From IMG/VR virus record IMGVR_UViG_3300008262_000001: 64,000 bases of DNA; one strand, written 5' to 3'. Below, piece by piece: positions 1 to 18,599 of this stretch (position 1 is the first letter of the stretch; every line of letters starts with the position of its first letter). The DNA is from a virus (Duplodnaviria > Caudoviricetes). A program made the position numbers and the translations under genes. The notes below the pieces were generated by a model. The model made no database searches, was not told the DNA's origin, and was given only the letters and a program-made list of their open reading frames with translations.

Positions 1-120
1 AGTTTCACATTTCACTTTACATTCAACATCACGAATTGGTATACACTGACCTCTGAAGTGAACAGTCATACCTCCCGTTTGTTTCCTATAGTGAAAGAAA
101 AATCTATATTTGCTAGGCAT
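1..120 (-). CDS. Hypothetical phage protein, truncated by the window edge (MPSKYRFFFHYRKQTGGMTVHFRGQC...)
   Basis: Hand translation: ATG at 120, open to position 1; GAAAC-N17-TAGTGT motif upstream. Confidence 0.6.
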   Translation of the reverse strand, partial: MPSKYRFFFHYRKQTGGMTVHFRGQCIPIRDVECKVKCET

Positions 121-129
121 AAATTTTTT

Positions 130-157
130 ACACTAGAAGCTAATAAAGTTTCGTTTC
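130..157 (-). promoter_or_regulatory. Putative promoter, class GAAAC-N17-TAnnnT
   Basis: GAAAC (157-153), 17-nt spacer, TAGTGT (135-130); same geometry recurs at 46750 and 59080. Confidence 0.45.
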
Positions 158-160
158 TAA

Positions 161-415
161 TTAATAATTCGAAGGAAGCATACCCGCTTCATAACGGCTT
201 TTGCCGTTCTTAAGAAGGAATTCAAGCTCTATCCACTGGTTTTTAGTCAACCTTTTTTTACTTGTGACTTTATCCCAAAGACTAGAAAAGAATTTATTTG
301 TGCGGTATTTGAAATGCAAAAAATCCCAAAGTCTTTGATAATAAGCAACTTCAGAATCAGAGAAATCCTTGTATTTTGATTGTCCCGAATTTTCAAAGAG
401 TTTGATGTGTTTCAT
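161..415 (-). CDS. Hypothetical protein with MKHIKLFEN N-terminal tag
   Basis: 84-aa ORF coupled to upstream ORF; N-terminus shared with several other ORFs. Confidence 0.75.
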   Translation of the reverse strand: MKHIKLFENSGQSKYKDFSDSEVAYYQRLWDFLHFKYRTNKFFSSLWDKVTSKKRLTKNQWIELEFLLKNGKSRYEAGMLPSNY

Positions 416-846
416 GTTAAACCTAATATTTTCGGAGAAAGCTCATAAAAGTTAGAAAGAAAGTCATGAGCCAAAGCTTGATTGATTTCTACTAATTCTA
501 TACCATCTTCCCAGTCTCTCAGACCTTTTCCTATCTGTAAATTTTTGATGTTGTTATTTACAAACTGTACCATGTCCTCATCATCGGGATCATAATTTTC
601 CCAATCATATTCCCAATCAGGATCTCCGTCTTCATCAGTACCATAATAGATTTTTTCAACATCTGCATATTCACCAAAATCTTTCTTATCAAAATCTGAA
701 TAATAAAAAGCCCAAAGCTTGTTGGTCTTCTTATCTTTTAAAATCAGAAAGTCTCCTTTAGAAACACGCTTGACAAATTCGAAGGATTCAGGTCTATCGG
801 AAGATTCATTTTCTAGAATAAAACTGCTGAACTTTTTAATTTCCAT
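412..846 (-). CDS. Acidic hypothetical protein with tag-like N-terminus (MEIKKFSSFILENE)
   Basis: 144-aa ORF, D/E-rich, operon packing. Confidence 0.75.
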   Translation of the reverse strand: MEIKKFSSFILENESSDRPESFEFVKRVSKGDFLILKDKKTNKLWAFYYSDFDKKDFGEYADVEKIYYGTDEDGDPDWEYDWENYDPDDEDMVQFVNNNIKNLQIGKGLRDWEDGIELVEINQALAHDFLSNFYELSPKILGLT

Positions 847-849
847 GTA

Positions 850-1200
850 TTATTTATCCAAAGAAGATCTTGCTTTCTCAATTCGATCTATCTCAAGAAT
901 TTGGTCCTCTAAAATGGGTAAGATCTTTTCTAAAAAACTTTTATTAGGAATTCCGTAAATAACTCCTAAACTGGAACCTTGGAAATAAACTTCTGTGGAA
1001 GGTGAATCACAACAGGGATCTTCTTTAACTTCGTAAGTGAAAATACCAGAGAAATCTGTGTGATTGAAATTTTTCTCGAGGTATTGTAAACTTATATCAC
1101 TTACACTTCTGGTATTGACAATGAGGTTGATTTTTTTTGTCTTAGGAGGGAAATTAAAACTAAGCAAACAAACGGAGAGAAGTAAAAAAATATATTTCAT
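850..1200 (-). CDS. Secreted hypothetical protein, possibly a degenerate thioredoxin-like fold
   Basis: Hydrophobic N-terminus MKYIFLLLSVCLLSF; no CxxC; PSTEVYFQG..LG.IYG resembles a thioredoxin C-terminal half. Confidence 0.55.
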   Translation of the reverse strand: MKYIFLLLSVCLLSFNFPPKTKKINLIVNTRSVSDISLQYLEKNFNHTDFSGIFTYEVKEDPCCDSPSTEVYFQGSSLGVIYGIPNKSFLEKILPILEDQILEIDRIEKARSSLDK

Positions 1201-1242
1201 CTTTTTTATAAATTTTAGTGCAATTTATAAAAAAAATTCGAT

Positions 1243-3921
1243 TTAGTTAATAAAAGTATAAGAAGCACCACCTGCACCGAAATCTGGCTCAGAATAAACC
1301 CCAACAAGATTAGAGAAAAACACTCCTCCTCTACTATCATTAACTGAACTTGTATCCCAATCATCAACATTTACCCATCCATTAGTTCCATCACATTGTA
1401 CAAAAAATTCTAATACAGTATCTAACGGAACTGCAGAAACAGTATAGCTTAATTGTTGCCAAACACCACCTGTTGAAGATGCTGTTGCAACAACAGTATC
1501 TTCTAAATTACTTGACATACTATTGAATCGATAAACCAATTCTGGGTTAATCCCGTTATATTGGACTCCATCTGCCAATGTAGATAATCTTACCCAAACA
1601 GATACTGTGCTTGACTCTCCTGCTACTACAGGAATTCTTACAGTGTTACTTGCCAAAATTCCATATCTAAAAGCGGGGGTCAATCTTGTTGATGGAGCTG
1701 AAGTTCTAAATATAGTTGTGTCTGTTGAAATATTTCCAAGGTTTGTGTAAATTGTGTTACTTCCTGTTACACCATTCTCTTTAAAAACTTGTATTCCTTG
1801 TATGTATGGTGTTCCCTTGAAGAAATTGTTTCTTGAATTTACAGTTCCAAAAAATTGTGGATTTGAGACCATAAGATTTCCACCTCTAGTATAGTCTGAA
1901 CGGAAAATTGAAGTGCTAAAGGCATTTGTTCCACCTGTTGGAGAAATTGCAAAAGAACAGTCAACGAAGTGCATATAATCTGTGTATGATGGAACCTGAC
2001 TTGCTTGTGGATAAACAGCACTTGCAACAGTAACGTTCCTGTCTCTCCAAAGGTAACAATCTTTAAAAATAACTCTATTAATGAGATTGGTGTAAGTTAT
2101 TAAAGAATTACTCGATCCAAAAATGTAAGCAGAATCAAAAGTTATTTGTGAGGAAGAATAAAGCATGTCATAATTGACAAAAGTTATTGCTGTTCCTCCA
2201 GCATTATAGAAGACCCTCCATCCTGGAATAGTTAAGACACTTTTATCCGAAAATTCACTCGCAACTGTTGCTGAAACTCCAAATTGTGCACCAAAAGAAC
2301 CATTCGAATATATTCTCCAGTTATCAAAAATAGTATTAGTACCAATAGGATAGCATCTTGCTGTGCCAGACGAATATGTATTTAAAATCACTCCAGTACT
2401 GGAGGAGGAGGTAAATATATTTCCATCACTAGATCCAATCCAGTATTGAACAAAACAGCTTCCGTTTCTTACAAAGAAATTGTTCCTCCAAGTTAAACTA
2501 TCAACACCGGCTACAGCAAGAAGAGTTATTCCTGCTCCGCTGTAATTGTAGATAACATTATCGGAAAAAATAAGGGAGGATCCAGTACCTGCCACTGATG
2601 TACCAAGATAAAATCCAAGACCTGAAGCGAGGGGGGTTGATTGGTAAAACGAGCAATATCTAATTTCAACACTCATATCTTGAGCATTTCCTGTATTGGT
2701 CCCAACACTAACTCCTGCTGTTGTCGCTGCTGTTCCTGCACATTGCAAAAACTGCGTGTATTTACAGTTAACAACAGTATTTTGTCCGGTGATTTGTACA
2801 TTCGTTGAAAGTGTAGTAGTAGCCCCAACAGTAATAATTACATTTCTATTTAGGTTTGCTATATCTGCTTCAGTCCATGAACTTGAACTTCCTGAATGTG
2901 CATTGGTCAATGCTGCAATTGAAGCAGTTGTTGAACTAACTCCAGAAGCAAGGTTTTTTATCTCAGCTTGAGCAGCAGTTGTAGATGTTGAAGCTAAAAC
3001 GATAGTCTCTCCGGATTTCCAGTTAGTTGGAGTTGCACTTAGTGTTATTGATGTTGCACCAGCAGAAGCATCTGCAGCTAATTTAATTCCTGTGCTTTTT
3101 TCTTCCCCATAAGTTATAAAAGTTCCTCCACTTATAAAAAGACTGAATTGATTGGCTGAAGTAACATTTAGCTCTAATCTTGCAAATCCACCATTAGGAA
3201 TCGGATTCGTTGAATCTCCCATTTTTAAAGTGCCCCCACTAGTGACGAACATGTTACCACTCAACCTAAGTATGTAAGTTGCTGCTGTTGTGGGATATTG
3301 AAGAGTGCCTTTTGTTGCTATGTAGATCTGGCCATACACAGTTGCACTGGATGTTTGGTTCATCGTCACCGCATATGAGTTACTAGTTCCCGCCCCAGTG
3401 TAATTTCCAGCAATAATTAATACGTCAGTAGCTGCTGGAGCTGCATTAGTAGTTGTAACTAATCCCCTGCTCCAGTTTGTTGTCCCTGACGTGTATACTG
3501 TAATTTGGTTTGCAACAGAGGTAGAGAGTCTTACTGCATAGTTAGTTGCTGCTAATAATGTTATATCAGAAGCAAATTTGAAATAAGCCCACCCTAAACC
3601 TCTCGCTCCCGTTCTAGTACTCAGAACAGCGGGAAGATCCGAAACGTTAACAGTTACAGTTGCACCAGCAACTGCTGCACCAGCAGTCGTGTTAAACAAA
3701 GCAACAGTAAAAGTTCCGGAAGGACTTGTAGTTGTGTTTAATATTTGTATAAGAATTCCAGAAGTTGTAATTGCACCAGGAGTAAAAGCTGTTGAGTTAG
3801 TTGGGGTAGTTGTGACTGTTCCTGGGGCAACAACTGAATCCAAAAAAGAAGCTGCATTCACAACGTCCCAAGTTGAAGCATCTAGAAAATTACCGCTTTG
3901 TACAGAGACCAGAGTTGCCAT
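1243..3921 (-). CDS. Large beta-helix (pectin-lyase-like, G8-like) fibre/spike or adhesin
   Basis: 892 aa, T/S/G/A-rich; G8-like segment (ILRLSGNMFVTSGGTLKMGDSTNPIP); repeated short beta strands; N-terminus (SGNFLDASTW) like 8422/9946. Confidence 0.6.
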   Translation of the reverse strand: MATLVSVQSGNFLDASTWDVVNAASFLDSVVAPGTVTTTPTNSTAFTPGAITTSGILIQILNTTTSPSGTFTVALFNTTAGAAVAGATVTVNVSDLPAVLSTRTGARGLGWAYFKFASDITLLAATNYAVRLSTSVANQITVYTSGTTNWSRGLVTTTNAAPAATDVLIIAGNYTGAGTSNSYAVTMNQTSSATVYGQIYIATKGTLQYPTTAATYILRLSGNMFVTSGGTLKMGDSTNPIPNGGFARLELNVTSANQFSLFISGGTFITYGEEKSTGIKLAADASAGATSITLSATPTNWKSGETIVLASTSTTAAQAEIKNLASGVSSTTASIAALTNAHSGSSSSWTEADIANLNRNVIITVGATTTLSTNVQITGQNTVVNCKYTQFLQCAGTAATTAGVSVGTNTGNAQDMSVEIRYCSFYQSTPLASGLGFYLGTSVAGTGSSLIFSDNVIYNYSGAGITLLAVAGVDSLTWRNNFFVRNGSCFVQYWIGSSDGNIFTSSSSTGVILNTYSSGTARCYPIGTNTIFDNWRIYSNGSFGAQFGVSATVASEFSDKSVLTIPGWRVFYNAGGTAITFVNYDMLYSSSQITFDSAYIFGSSNSLITYTNLINRVIFKDCYLWRDRNVTVASAVYPQASQVPSYTDYMHFVDCSFAISPTGGTNAFSTSIFRSDYTRGGNLMVSNPQFFGTVNSRNNFFKGTPYIQGIQVFKENGVTGSNTIYTNLGNISTDTTIFRTSAPSTRLTPAFRYGILASNTVRIPVVAGESSTVSVWVRLSTLADGVQYNGINPELVYRFNSMSSNLEDTVVATASSTGGVWQQLSYTVSAVPLDTVLEFFVQCDGTNGWVNVDDWDTSSVNDSRGGVFFSNLVGVYSEPDFGAGGASYTFIN

Positions 3922-4129
3922 TATTCAATTACTATTTGTGTTAAAGTTTGATCTGGATATAAATTCAAAGCTATCTCTCTTACTCTTTCTTCCATTTCTA
4001 TTGTAGTGTATGGTTGGCTAAAAATTACACCAGATAAACTAAATTGGAGTTGATTGTTTTCGTCGTCAGAAAAATTAAGATCAAAGAAATCATCATTACC
4101 AACACACCTTTTATTTATTAAATATGCTA

Positions 4130-4133
<4 letters not shown>
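3921..4133 (-). CDS. Small acidic protein, possible fibre assembly chaperone
   Basis: 70 aa, translationally coupled directly upstream of the beta-helix gene. Confidence 0.55.
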
Positions 4134-7344
<3,211 letters not shown>

Positions 7345-7357
7345 TCAGTCCAGAATA

Positions 7358-8020
7358 TCAAAATCTAATATCTACTTTCTTCTGAGATTTGATTTGAACT
7401 GTTACTTTTTTAGCTCCTTCCACAATAAATGTTTCTTCCCAAGGAATGAAAATAGTGTCATCAACTATAACTTCTAATCTGACACGACCCGTTGATTTTT
7501 CTGGATAGAAATTCATTTTTTTAAGTGCAACCGCACATTTTCCGTCCTTACTTATTTTACCGTAGAAAACGAGATTGCAAATTTCATGATCAAAGACCAA
7601 TCGAACTTGCGAAGATGAAAGTTTTGCTCCCTGTACTGAGATGTTACATTCAAAAACTTCTTCCTTGTCTCGATAAATTTTATATAAGGAAGATTCTGAT
7701 TCATCTTCAGTATTTTCCGATTCTATTTCTTGGTCATCCTCTTCAAAATCGTCTTGGATGTTATCATGGTTGGAACTGTGGCTGTGATTCTGTGGATTTT
7801 CAACCTCGTGTTCCCTTGGAGGAATATTTGTGTTTTGTTGAATGACTTGTTCAGACTGAGAACTAACTGGAATATTTTTGTTGAACGATTGTCCGAGAAT
7901 TCCAGAAATAAAAGAATCTACTGATCCAAAAGTGGCAACATTATTTCCAGATCCCCTGTTCAAGGCTTCTAAAATTGCAGAACTTGATCCTTTATGTTTC
8001 CAATCCTCGTATTTTTGCAT
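7358..8020 (-). CDS. Hypothetical protein with acidic linker and beta-rich C-terminal domain
   Basis: 220-aa ORF within the structural operon. Confidence 0.7.
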   Translation of the reverse strand: MQKYEDWKHKGSSSAILEALNRGSGNNVATFGSVDSFISGILGQSFNKNIPVSSQSEQVIQQNTNIPPREHEVENPQNHSHSSNHDNIQDDFEEDDQEIESENTEDESESSLYKIYRDKEEVFECNISVQGAKLSSSQVRLVFDHEICNLVFYGKISKDGKCAVALKKMNFYPEKSTGRVRLEVIVDDTIFIPWEETFIVEGAKKVTVQIKSQKKVDIRF

Positions 8021-8388
8021 TATTTTTCTTTAATTTCTGCCTTCACTTGTATGTGTTTTTTACTATACAGATCCAAAGTTTTTTGAATATCATCAATAGT
8101 AATTTTAGCGGTTTTCGTTATCTCTTTTTGTAATTTCTTCTCTTTTCCTTTCACCTGTACAATAACCTCTAAAAGTTTATTTATCTTCTCTTCTTCTACC
8201 TTTTTCTTAATCAGCTTCTTTCTCATGGATTCCCAAGGATCCATTTCATCAAGAGCTAAAGTAAGGTCCCCTCCAACTATACCTCCAACAGTGTCTTCTA
8301 TTAATATCGCAACATCTATCCAAATATAGTCAGTGCCAATCCATTCCTCCTCAACTTCTTTCCAATCTAAAAAATACTTGTATGACAT
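8020..8388 (-). CDS. Hypothetical protein
   Basis: 122-aa ORF, preceded by GAATATATAC motif. Confidence 0.7.
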   Translation of the reverse strand: MSYKYFLDWKEVEEEWIGTDYIWIDVAILIEDTVGGIVGGDLTLALDEMDPWESMRKKLIKKKVEEEKINKLLEVIVQVKGKEKKLQKEITKTAKITIDDIQKTLDLYSKKHIQVKAEIKEK

Positions 8389-8392
8389 CTTT

Positions 8393-8402
8393 GTATATAT
8401 TC
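8393..8402 (-). promoter_or_regulatory. Putative late promoter (GAATATATAC)
   Basis: ATATATA-family motif 4 nt upstream of ATG. Confidence 0.55.
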
Positions 8403-8421
8403 AGAGAGATTATCTTTCTCC

Positions 8422-9942
8422 TTAACGAACCCAAGGTACACCTATGGTTTTTGGTATTGTTGGTAACTGTTGCCAATTAAGAGTTGCAGCTCCAATTGTT
8501 CCTTTGTAAACCCAGATTGTTCTACCATTAGAGGAGTCGATATCAGTGGCAGTAACGTGTCCTACATCTAGGCTTCCCCCATATGGAACAGTTAAAATTG
8601 TTGTTGTTCCAGGTGTACTAGATCTTATAATCGCATTATTAGAAGCTACACCTAAAAAAGTAAGAGAATTTGTTGTATAAATTAAATTCGATCCAAAAGT
8701 ATGAGTTACACCTGTGCCTTGACCAGTATAAGTTTCGAATGTACATCCATGGGTTCCACTAAACACAACATTGTTTAATGCAGAAAAATTTGCTAAGTTG
8801 AAACCACTATTGTTTATAGTGAATGAACTTACAGCAGGACACGCTACTGTACTACCAGTAGAAACAATTGTTCCCGAGGTGAAAATAAAAGTTCTTAACC
8901 AAGAAATCGTACCAGAAAATGTAATAGTTCCAGAGGTGTTGATTATTAAAGTGTTACTTAAATTACCAGTAGAAGTTCCGCTAATAGTTCCCGTGCCTGT
9001 CATAACTATTTTTGCAGTTCCAGAAGGAGAACCACCGGCGTTGTTATTAGTGAAGTTACCCCCTATATTTACATTTATTCCTGGACCATTAATATTTGCT
9101 ATAGAACTTGGAATTGTAAAGTTGCCTGTAAAATTAAGATCTGATATTAAGGTCGTGGTATTGGTAGAATTGTTTGTTTGGCAATTTTGAAATGACATCC
9201 CCGAAGCGTCAAAAGTGTTAAACCCTGCAAGTAAAATAGTTCCTGTGTGTGTTACTGCACCATTGATGTGAGTAAAAATCGTAGACAAAGTTAGAAGGGA
9301 TATATTTATATTGACATCACCTGCTCCATTAATAGTTACTGAAGCCATAGCCCATCTAGCATTTGTACTACTTGTTATGTTCATAGTGGTTCCAAGATCA
9401 GGTGCAAAAACTAGCGCAGATGTCCCTACGACGGAAGAAAGATTATTCCATTGTACTGATGATCCTTTAAAGGTAATTGTATTACCATTCCAAGTCCATG
9501 CGGTTGTTCCGGAAAGAATAAAAGCACCAGATTGTGTCCAGTTACTACCCCAGGTAAGAGTTGCAGTACCAGTACTTTTTTGTATAATCATTGTCACCGA
9601 GCAAATACATCCAAGGGATGATAAAGAAAGTGTTGTCCCTGGAGTAAGTCTAAGCGACGATGAACCTGCCATAGTCATAGATGAAGAGCCAAGTGCAACA
9701 TTACCAGTCACAATCAATTCGGTATCAAAAGTAAGGGTTCCTGTATAACTTGTACAAGTAAGATTTAAACAGTTACGGGTAGCGCCAGCATTTATGATAC
9801 AGTTAGCACTAGCAGCCTCGAAAACAGCATTGTCAAGAGTAGTTGGAACAGCTCCTGCTGAATAAGTAGGGGATGGCGTTGCACTCCAATCACCAGTAGC
9901 TCCCCAGTTTGTACCTGTACTCCTAAAATAATATGTGGCCAT
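8422..9942 (-). CDS. Beta-helix fibre/adhesin-like protein (paralogue of 9946-11556)
   Basis: 506 aa, T/G/S-rich; shares C-terminus (THTF...LDVG.V..TDIDSS.G.T.W.Y.GT....NWQQLP). Confidence 0.65.
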   Translation of the reverse strand: MATYYFRSTGTNWGATGDWSATPSPTYSAGAVPTTLDNAVFEAASANCIINAGATRNCLNLTCTSYTGTLTFDTELIVTGNVALGSSSMTMAGSSSLRLTPGTTLSLSSLGCICSVTMIIQKSTGTATLTWGSNWTQSGAFILSGTTAWTWNGNTITFKGSSVQWNNLSSVVGTSALVFAPDLGTTMNITSSTNARWAMASVTINGAGDVNINISLLTLSTIFTHINGAVTHTGTILLAGFNTFDASGMSFQNCQTNNSTNTTTLISDLNFTGNFTIPSSIANINGPGINVNIGGNFTNNNAGGSPSGTAKIVMTGTGTISGTSTGNLSNTLIINTSGTITFSGTISWLRTFIFTSGTIVSTGSTVACPAVSSFTINNSGFNLANFSALNNVVFSGTHGCTFETYTGQGTGVTHTFGSNLIYTTNSLTFLGVASNNAIIRSSTPGTTTILTVPYGGSLDVGHVTATDIDSSNGRTIWVYKGTIGAATLNWQQLPTIPKTIGVPWVR

Positions 9943-9945
9943 AAT

Positions 9946-11556
9946 TTATATATTGAAGCTAGAGATTGTTGTAGGTTGAACTGGAAGTTGTTGCCAATTA
10001 GTAGTTCTAAGAAAAGTCCCCCTATAATCCCAGACTGTTTGTCCCTGTGATGAATCAATATCGGTTGGATTAACGTATCCCACATCTATAGTCGCTCCCT
10101 GTACAACAGTGAAAACTGCTTGTGTGCTTGGGACAGACGAAACAAAAGAAATCCTAGAAGCTTCAGTTCCAGCTAAAGTAATTCCTTCATTAACTGTATA
10201 CGTTTTGCTTGCAGAAAAAGTATGGGTAAGTCCTGCAACCGAGGAGTTGTACGTCCTAAAAGTTGCTCCTTGAGATCCAGCGAAAATAGGTGCACCCCCT
10301 GTTGCAGCAAAAAAGTTGGGAAATGGGAAAGTAGCACTGTTTAAATTATAAGTTGTTGATCCAGATACTGTCCACCAATTCGCGTTGGGCTGAGTAAATA
10401 CAATCGTACCTGATGTGTGTGTAAAACTTCGGCCAGCCCCACCATAGAGATTATTTGTACTAAAAAAAGTTACAGTCCCTGAGCAATTTATAATTAAATC
10501 TAAACCAAATCTTGCAGAAGCTGGGAGTGTTGCACCTGTTAAAGTGAAGGTAGGCGAAACAGAAGTAACATTAATTATAGTTGTCCCTGTAACTACTTGA
10601 CCTCCAGCATTGTGCAAGGTTGTAAGATTTCCGGTTAAGTTAATAGTGGATCCAGAAAGTGTGGGACTGATAGATTGCAAAGAGTTCCCAAAAAAAAGAG
10701 TTCCACTAATTTGTATATTATTAGCTAATGTGAAAGTAGCAGTTCCATTAAAACGTATATCCCCTGCTATAACACCAAAAGCATTTATAGATAATGTTGA
10801 GGCTACAGTAAATCTCAATTCTGTTGAGGCAGTAACTGTCACGCCTGCACTTGAAGTATGAGTGATACTTCCAAAATCTATGAATTTATTTGGATAATTA
10901 AACAAAACACTCCCTGCACCATTTATAGTTAGAGAATTTCTTAAATTGTTGTTTCCTGAGGTGTTTGGGTAAGGTGTGCTTATCGTGCAAGTCGTAGAAA
11001 CTGGAGGTGCCAAAATTATTCCTGCGGTTCCTTGAACAGCTATCGCTTGTGTTGCTGATCCCACTGTTAAATTTCCTCTTGCAGTTATTGACAATCCTGC
11101 TCCGTTCACAACCTGGGTGAGGGAAGTTCCTGGAATAAATTCAAGATTTCCTTCAATAGTCCAATTATCCCCTAAAGTTATAGTCCTACTTGCACCGGAG
11201 CCTTGAGGTGCAAATCTTAGATTTCCTGTCCAAACTTTTCCTCCGGAAGTCATTGTGAAAGTGCCATTGAAAGATAAAGTTCCTGTTCCTGCCACAGTCA
11301 TACCTGAAACAAATGTAAAAGGCTGTGAAGTTGCACTACCCGCACCCTGAGAAAGTGTTACACCGGAGTTAATAGTAAAAGTATTTGTGTAATTTGTAAA
11401 ATTAACACCATTGATTGTAGCATTTGCAGTCACTGTTAATGGACCAGAAGTAGCAGTAGCAATTACACTGTCTGCAGCTACTGGAACAACTCCACCTACC
11501 CATGTCCCAGTTGCGTTCCAGTTACCACCTGTATTACTTATAGTAATTACTGCCAT
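9946..11556 (-). CDS. Beta-helix fibre/adhesin-like protein (paralogue of 8422-9942)
   Basis: 536 aa; GGNWNATGTW N-terminus as in autotransporter-type passenger repeats. Confidence 0.65.
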   Translation of the reverse strand: MAVITISNTGGNWNATGTWVGGVVPVAADSVIATATSGPLTVTANATINGVNFTNYTNTFTINSGVTLSQGAGSATSQPFTFVSGMTVAGTGTLSFNGTFTMTSGGKVWTGNLRFAPQGSGASRTITLGDNWTIEGNLEFIPGTSLTQVVNGAGLSITARGNLTVGSATQAIAVQGTAGIILAPPVSTTCTISTPYPNTSGNNNLRNSLTINGAGSVLFNYPNKFIDFGSITHTSSAGVTVTASTELRFTVASTLSINAFGVIAGDIRFNGTATFTLANNIQISGTLFFGNSLQSISPTLSGSTINLTGNLTTLHNAGGQVVTGTTIINVTSVSPTFTLTGATLPASARFGLDLIINCSGTVTFFSTNNLYGGAGRSFTHTSGTIVFTQPNANWWTVSGSTTYNLNSATFPFPNFFAATGGAPIFAGSQGATFRTYNSSVAGLTHTFSASKTYTVNEGITLAGTEASRISFVSSVPSTQAVFTVVQGATIDVGYVNPTDIDSSQGQTVWDYRGTFLRTTNWQQLPVQPTTISSFNI

Positions 11557-11795
11557 TATTCAATCAATCCCAATTTTTGTTGTTGTGTAATTCCACAATT
11601 TTCTATACCCAAAATTATATAATCTTCATCAGGAGGCATAAAGTGAGGAATATCTACTGTTATTTTAGTTCCATCAAAATCATATTCAACTAAAGTGAAA
11701 ACTATGTTTTGATCCTGCATTATTGATTCAGTTTCTGATATGAAAATCTCAGCAGGATAAGTTTCTTCTCTTCTTTGTAAAATAGTGTAAGTCAT
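11556..11795 (-). CDS. Small acidic protein, possible fibre assembly chaperone
   Basis: 79 aa; same relative position as 3921-4133. Confidence 0.55.
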   Translation of the reverse strand: MTYTILQRREETYPAEIFISETESIMQDQNIVFTLVEYDFDGTKITVDIPHFMPPDEDYIILGIENCGITQQQKLGLIE

Positions 11796-11799
11796 AAAT

Positions 11800-16792
<4,993 letters not shown>

Positions 16793-16796
16793 GAAT

Positions 16797-17552
16797 ATGA
16801 GCTACAGATTAGAAAATTTTCTAGAAAAAATATCTTCTAAAAAGAAAGTCCTTTTTTTAACAACATCCAATAGATGGGAAGGAAGTAAAGAGGTTCCAAA
16901 ATCTACACTTTTGGCAAGATCAATCAAAGAAAGAGTAAGCGCAACAACTGAGGTAAACATAATTGATGTGCCTTCTTTAAATATTTTCCCCTGCGAAGGC
17001 AACGTTTCTGGAGTAGATGGAAACAACTGTGGAATTAAAGATTCATTGCTTAAGGATTCAGAAAAAAATCCTTCAGGATTTCATAGATGTTGGGCTTCTC
17101 TCAATCACGAAGAAGACGAACTTTGGAAAATTTCTAAGGAGATGTTTGAATCGGAAGCTGTAGTTTTCTTTATCAGCGTGAGATGGGGACAAGCCAATGC
17201 TTTCTATCAAAAACTAATTGAGAGATTGAATTGGATAGAGAACATTCACTTTACTTTAGGTGAAGATAATTTTGTTTCTGATATTGAAGCTGGTTGTGTG
17301 GTGGTTGGTCAAAACTGGAACGGGGAAAATGTTTTAGAAACCCAAAAGCAGGTCTATGAATTCTATGGATTTCAGGTTCCAGATGAGCTTTCTTTTTACT
17401 GGCAATACACCCAAGATATTATGGACGAAACCCAGGAATCTTATGAGGAAGCTCCTAAAGCTTTTGTAAAAGAATTTGATCTTTCTATTTCCTCTTTAAA
17501 AGAATCTCTAAACAAAGCTTTTCAAGGCTTAAAAAGACTTTTTGATTTTTAA
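16797..17552 (+). CDS. NAD(P)H-dependent FMN reductase / WrbA-like flavodoxin-fold protein
   Basis: VLFLTTSNR, NIFPCEG..C, EAVVFFISVRWG..KLIERL; start moved to ATG 16797 after the promoter motif. Confidence 0.7.
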   Translation: MSYRLENFLEKISSKKKVLFLTTSNRWEGSKEVPKSTLLARSIKERVSATTEVNIIDVPSLNIFPCEGNVSGVDGNNCGIKDSLLKDSEKNPSGFHRCWASLNHEEDELWKISKEMFESEAVVFFISVRWGQANAFYQKLIERLNWIENIHFTLGEDNFVSDIEAGCVVVGQNWNGENVLETQKQVYEFYGFQVPDELSFYWQYTQDIMDETQESYEEAPKAFVKEFDLSISSLKESLNKAFQGLKRLFDF

Positions 17553-17986
17553 CAGGGGAAGAGTTTTTGTCCGACTAATTGCCATATTTTTTCAATACGA
17601 TCTTCGAAAAAGTGTAAGTTCTCCTTTCCCTTTAAAGGATTTGTAAAATCCCATTGTATTGATTCTATTCCCAAGATCCCTCTATCAGATTCTAATTGGA
17701 CTTCAAAGGTAAACTCAAATAGTTCAGGATCTTCAATGACTTGCTTTAGATCATAACAATAACAATAGATCGTGTACTTGAGTTTATCTTGATCCATGAA
17801 TTCTTTAGTGTACGCATCATAGCAAAAATCTCCCTTGATTTTTTTTGCATCAAATCTTAAGTACCCTGAGGAGATAAGTATGTTTCTGAAAATATAGGAA
17901 TTAGCACTTCCTGTTTGAAGAGACTCAATCGAGATAGAACTTTCCCTCTCTGTATGTGACCGAAATTGGATCGTTGGTTGGGGCAT
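17549..17986 (-). CDS. Hypothetical protein (start uncertain)
   Basis: ORF track; 62-bp overlap with the upstream gene suggests a later start. Confidence 0.55.
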   Translation of the reverse strand: MPQPTIQFRSHTERESSISIESLQTGSANSYIFRNILISSGYLRFDAKKIKGDFCYDAYTKEFMDQDKLKYTIYCYCYDLKQVIEDPELFEFTFEVQLESDRGILGIESIQWDFTNPLKGKENLHFFEDRIEKIWQLVGQKLFPC

Positions 17987-18599
17987 ATCTTCTATTTAAA
18001 ATACTACAGTTCACAAAAATTGTGTCATCATCCGTATAAGTTCCATATCCCTCGTGGATGTGACCAAAACAATTTAATTTAGGCTTTATCCTTTTTATTG
18101 CTTTATAAAGCTCTTCACAGCCAACATCTTCACCCTCTAAAACCTTACTCAAGTCATTTCCTAGATAAGCTGGGGGTCCATGGGTAATTAATACATCTAC
18201 ATTTTCCGGAATTTTATTCCAATGATGTTCTATGCTCGATCCTCTAAATCTGTTAAAAGCCCAATTATGAAACCATGGAGTTATAGGAGATCCCCAGAAT
18301 TTTATTCCCTCTAGTTCAATACCATTATCAATTAATAGATTTATCCCTCTGGAATCAGTCATATTTTTTGCTTTGTCAAATTCCTTTTCAAACAAAAAAT
18401 CGTGATTTCCTGGAATCAAAATTTTATGGGTATGTGGTAAACTTCCGAACCAATCACAGAAATCTATGACCTGGTCTTCTTTACCGTTCATAGAAACATC
18501 TCCACAGTGGATTATAAAATCACCATTTGGAACATCCATTGTTCCATCGTTATGTCTGCAGTGGGTGTCGGAAATCAAAATTAATTTAAGATCTTTCAT
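17925..18599 (-). CDS. Calcineurin-like metallophosphoesterase (MPPED-like)
   Basis: ISDTH, CGD, GNHD, THGPP, GHIHE motifs. Confidence 0.9.
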   Translation of the reverse strand: MKDLKLILISDTHCRHNDGTMDVPNGDFIIHCGDVSMNGKEDQVIDFCDWFGSLPHTHKILIPGNHDFLFEKEFDKAKNMTDSRGINLLIDNGIELEGIKFWGSPITPWFHNWAFNRFRGSSIEHHWNKIPENVDVLITHGPPAYLGNDLSKVLEGEDVGCEELYKAIKRIKPKLNCFGHIHEGYGTYTDDDTIFVNCSILNRRYAPTNDPISVTYREGKFYLD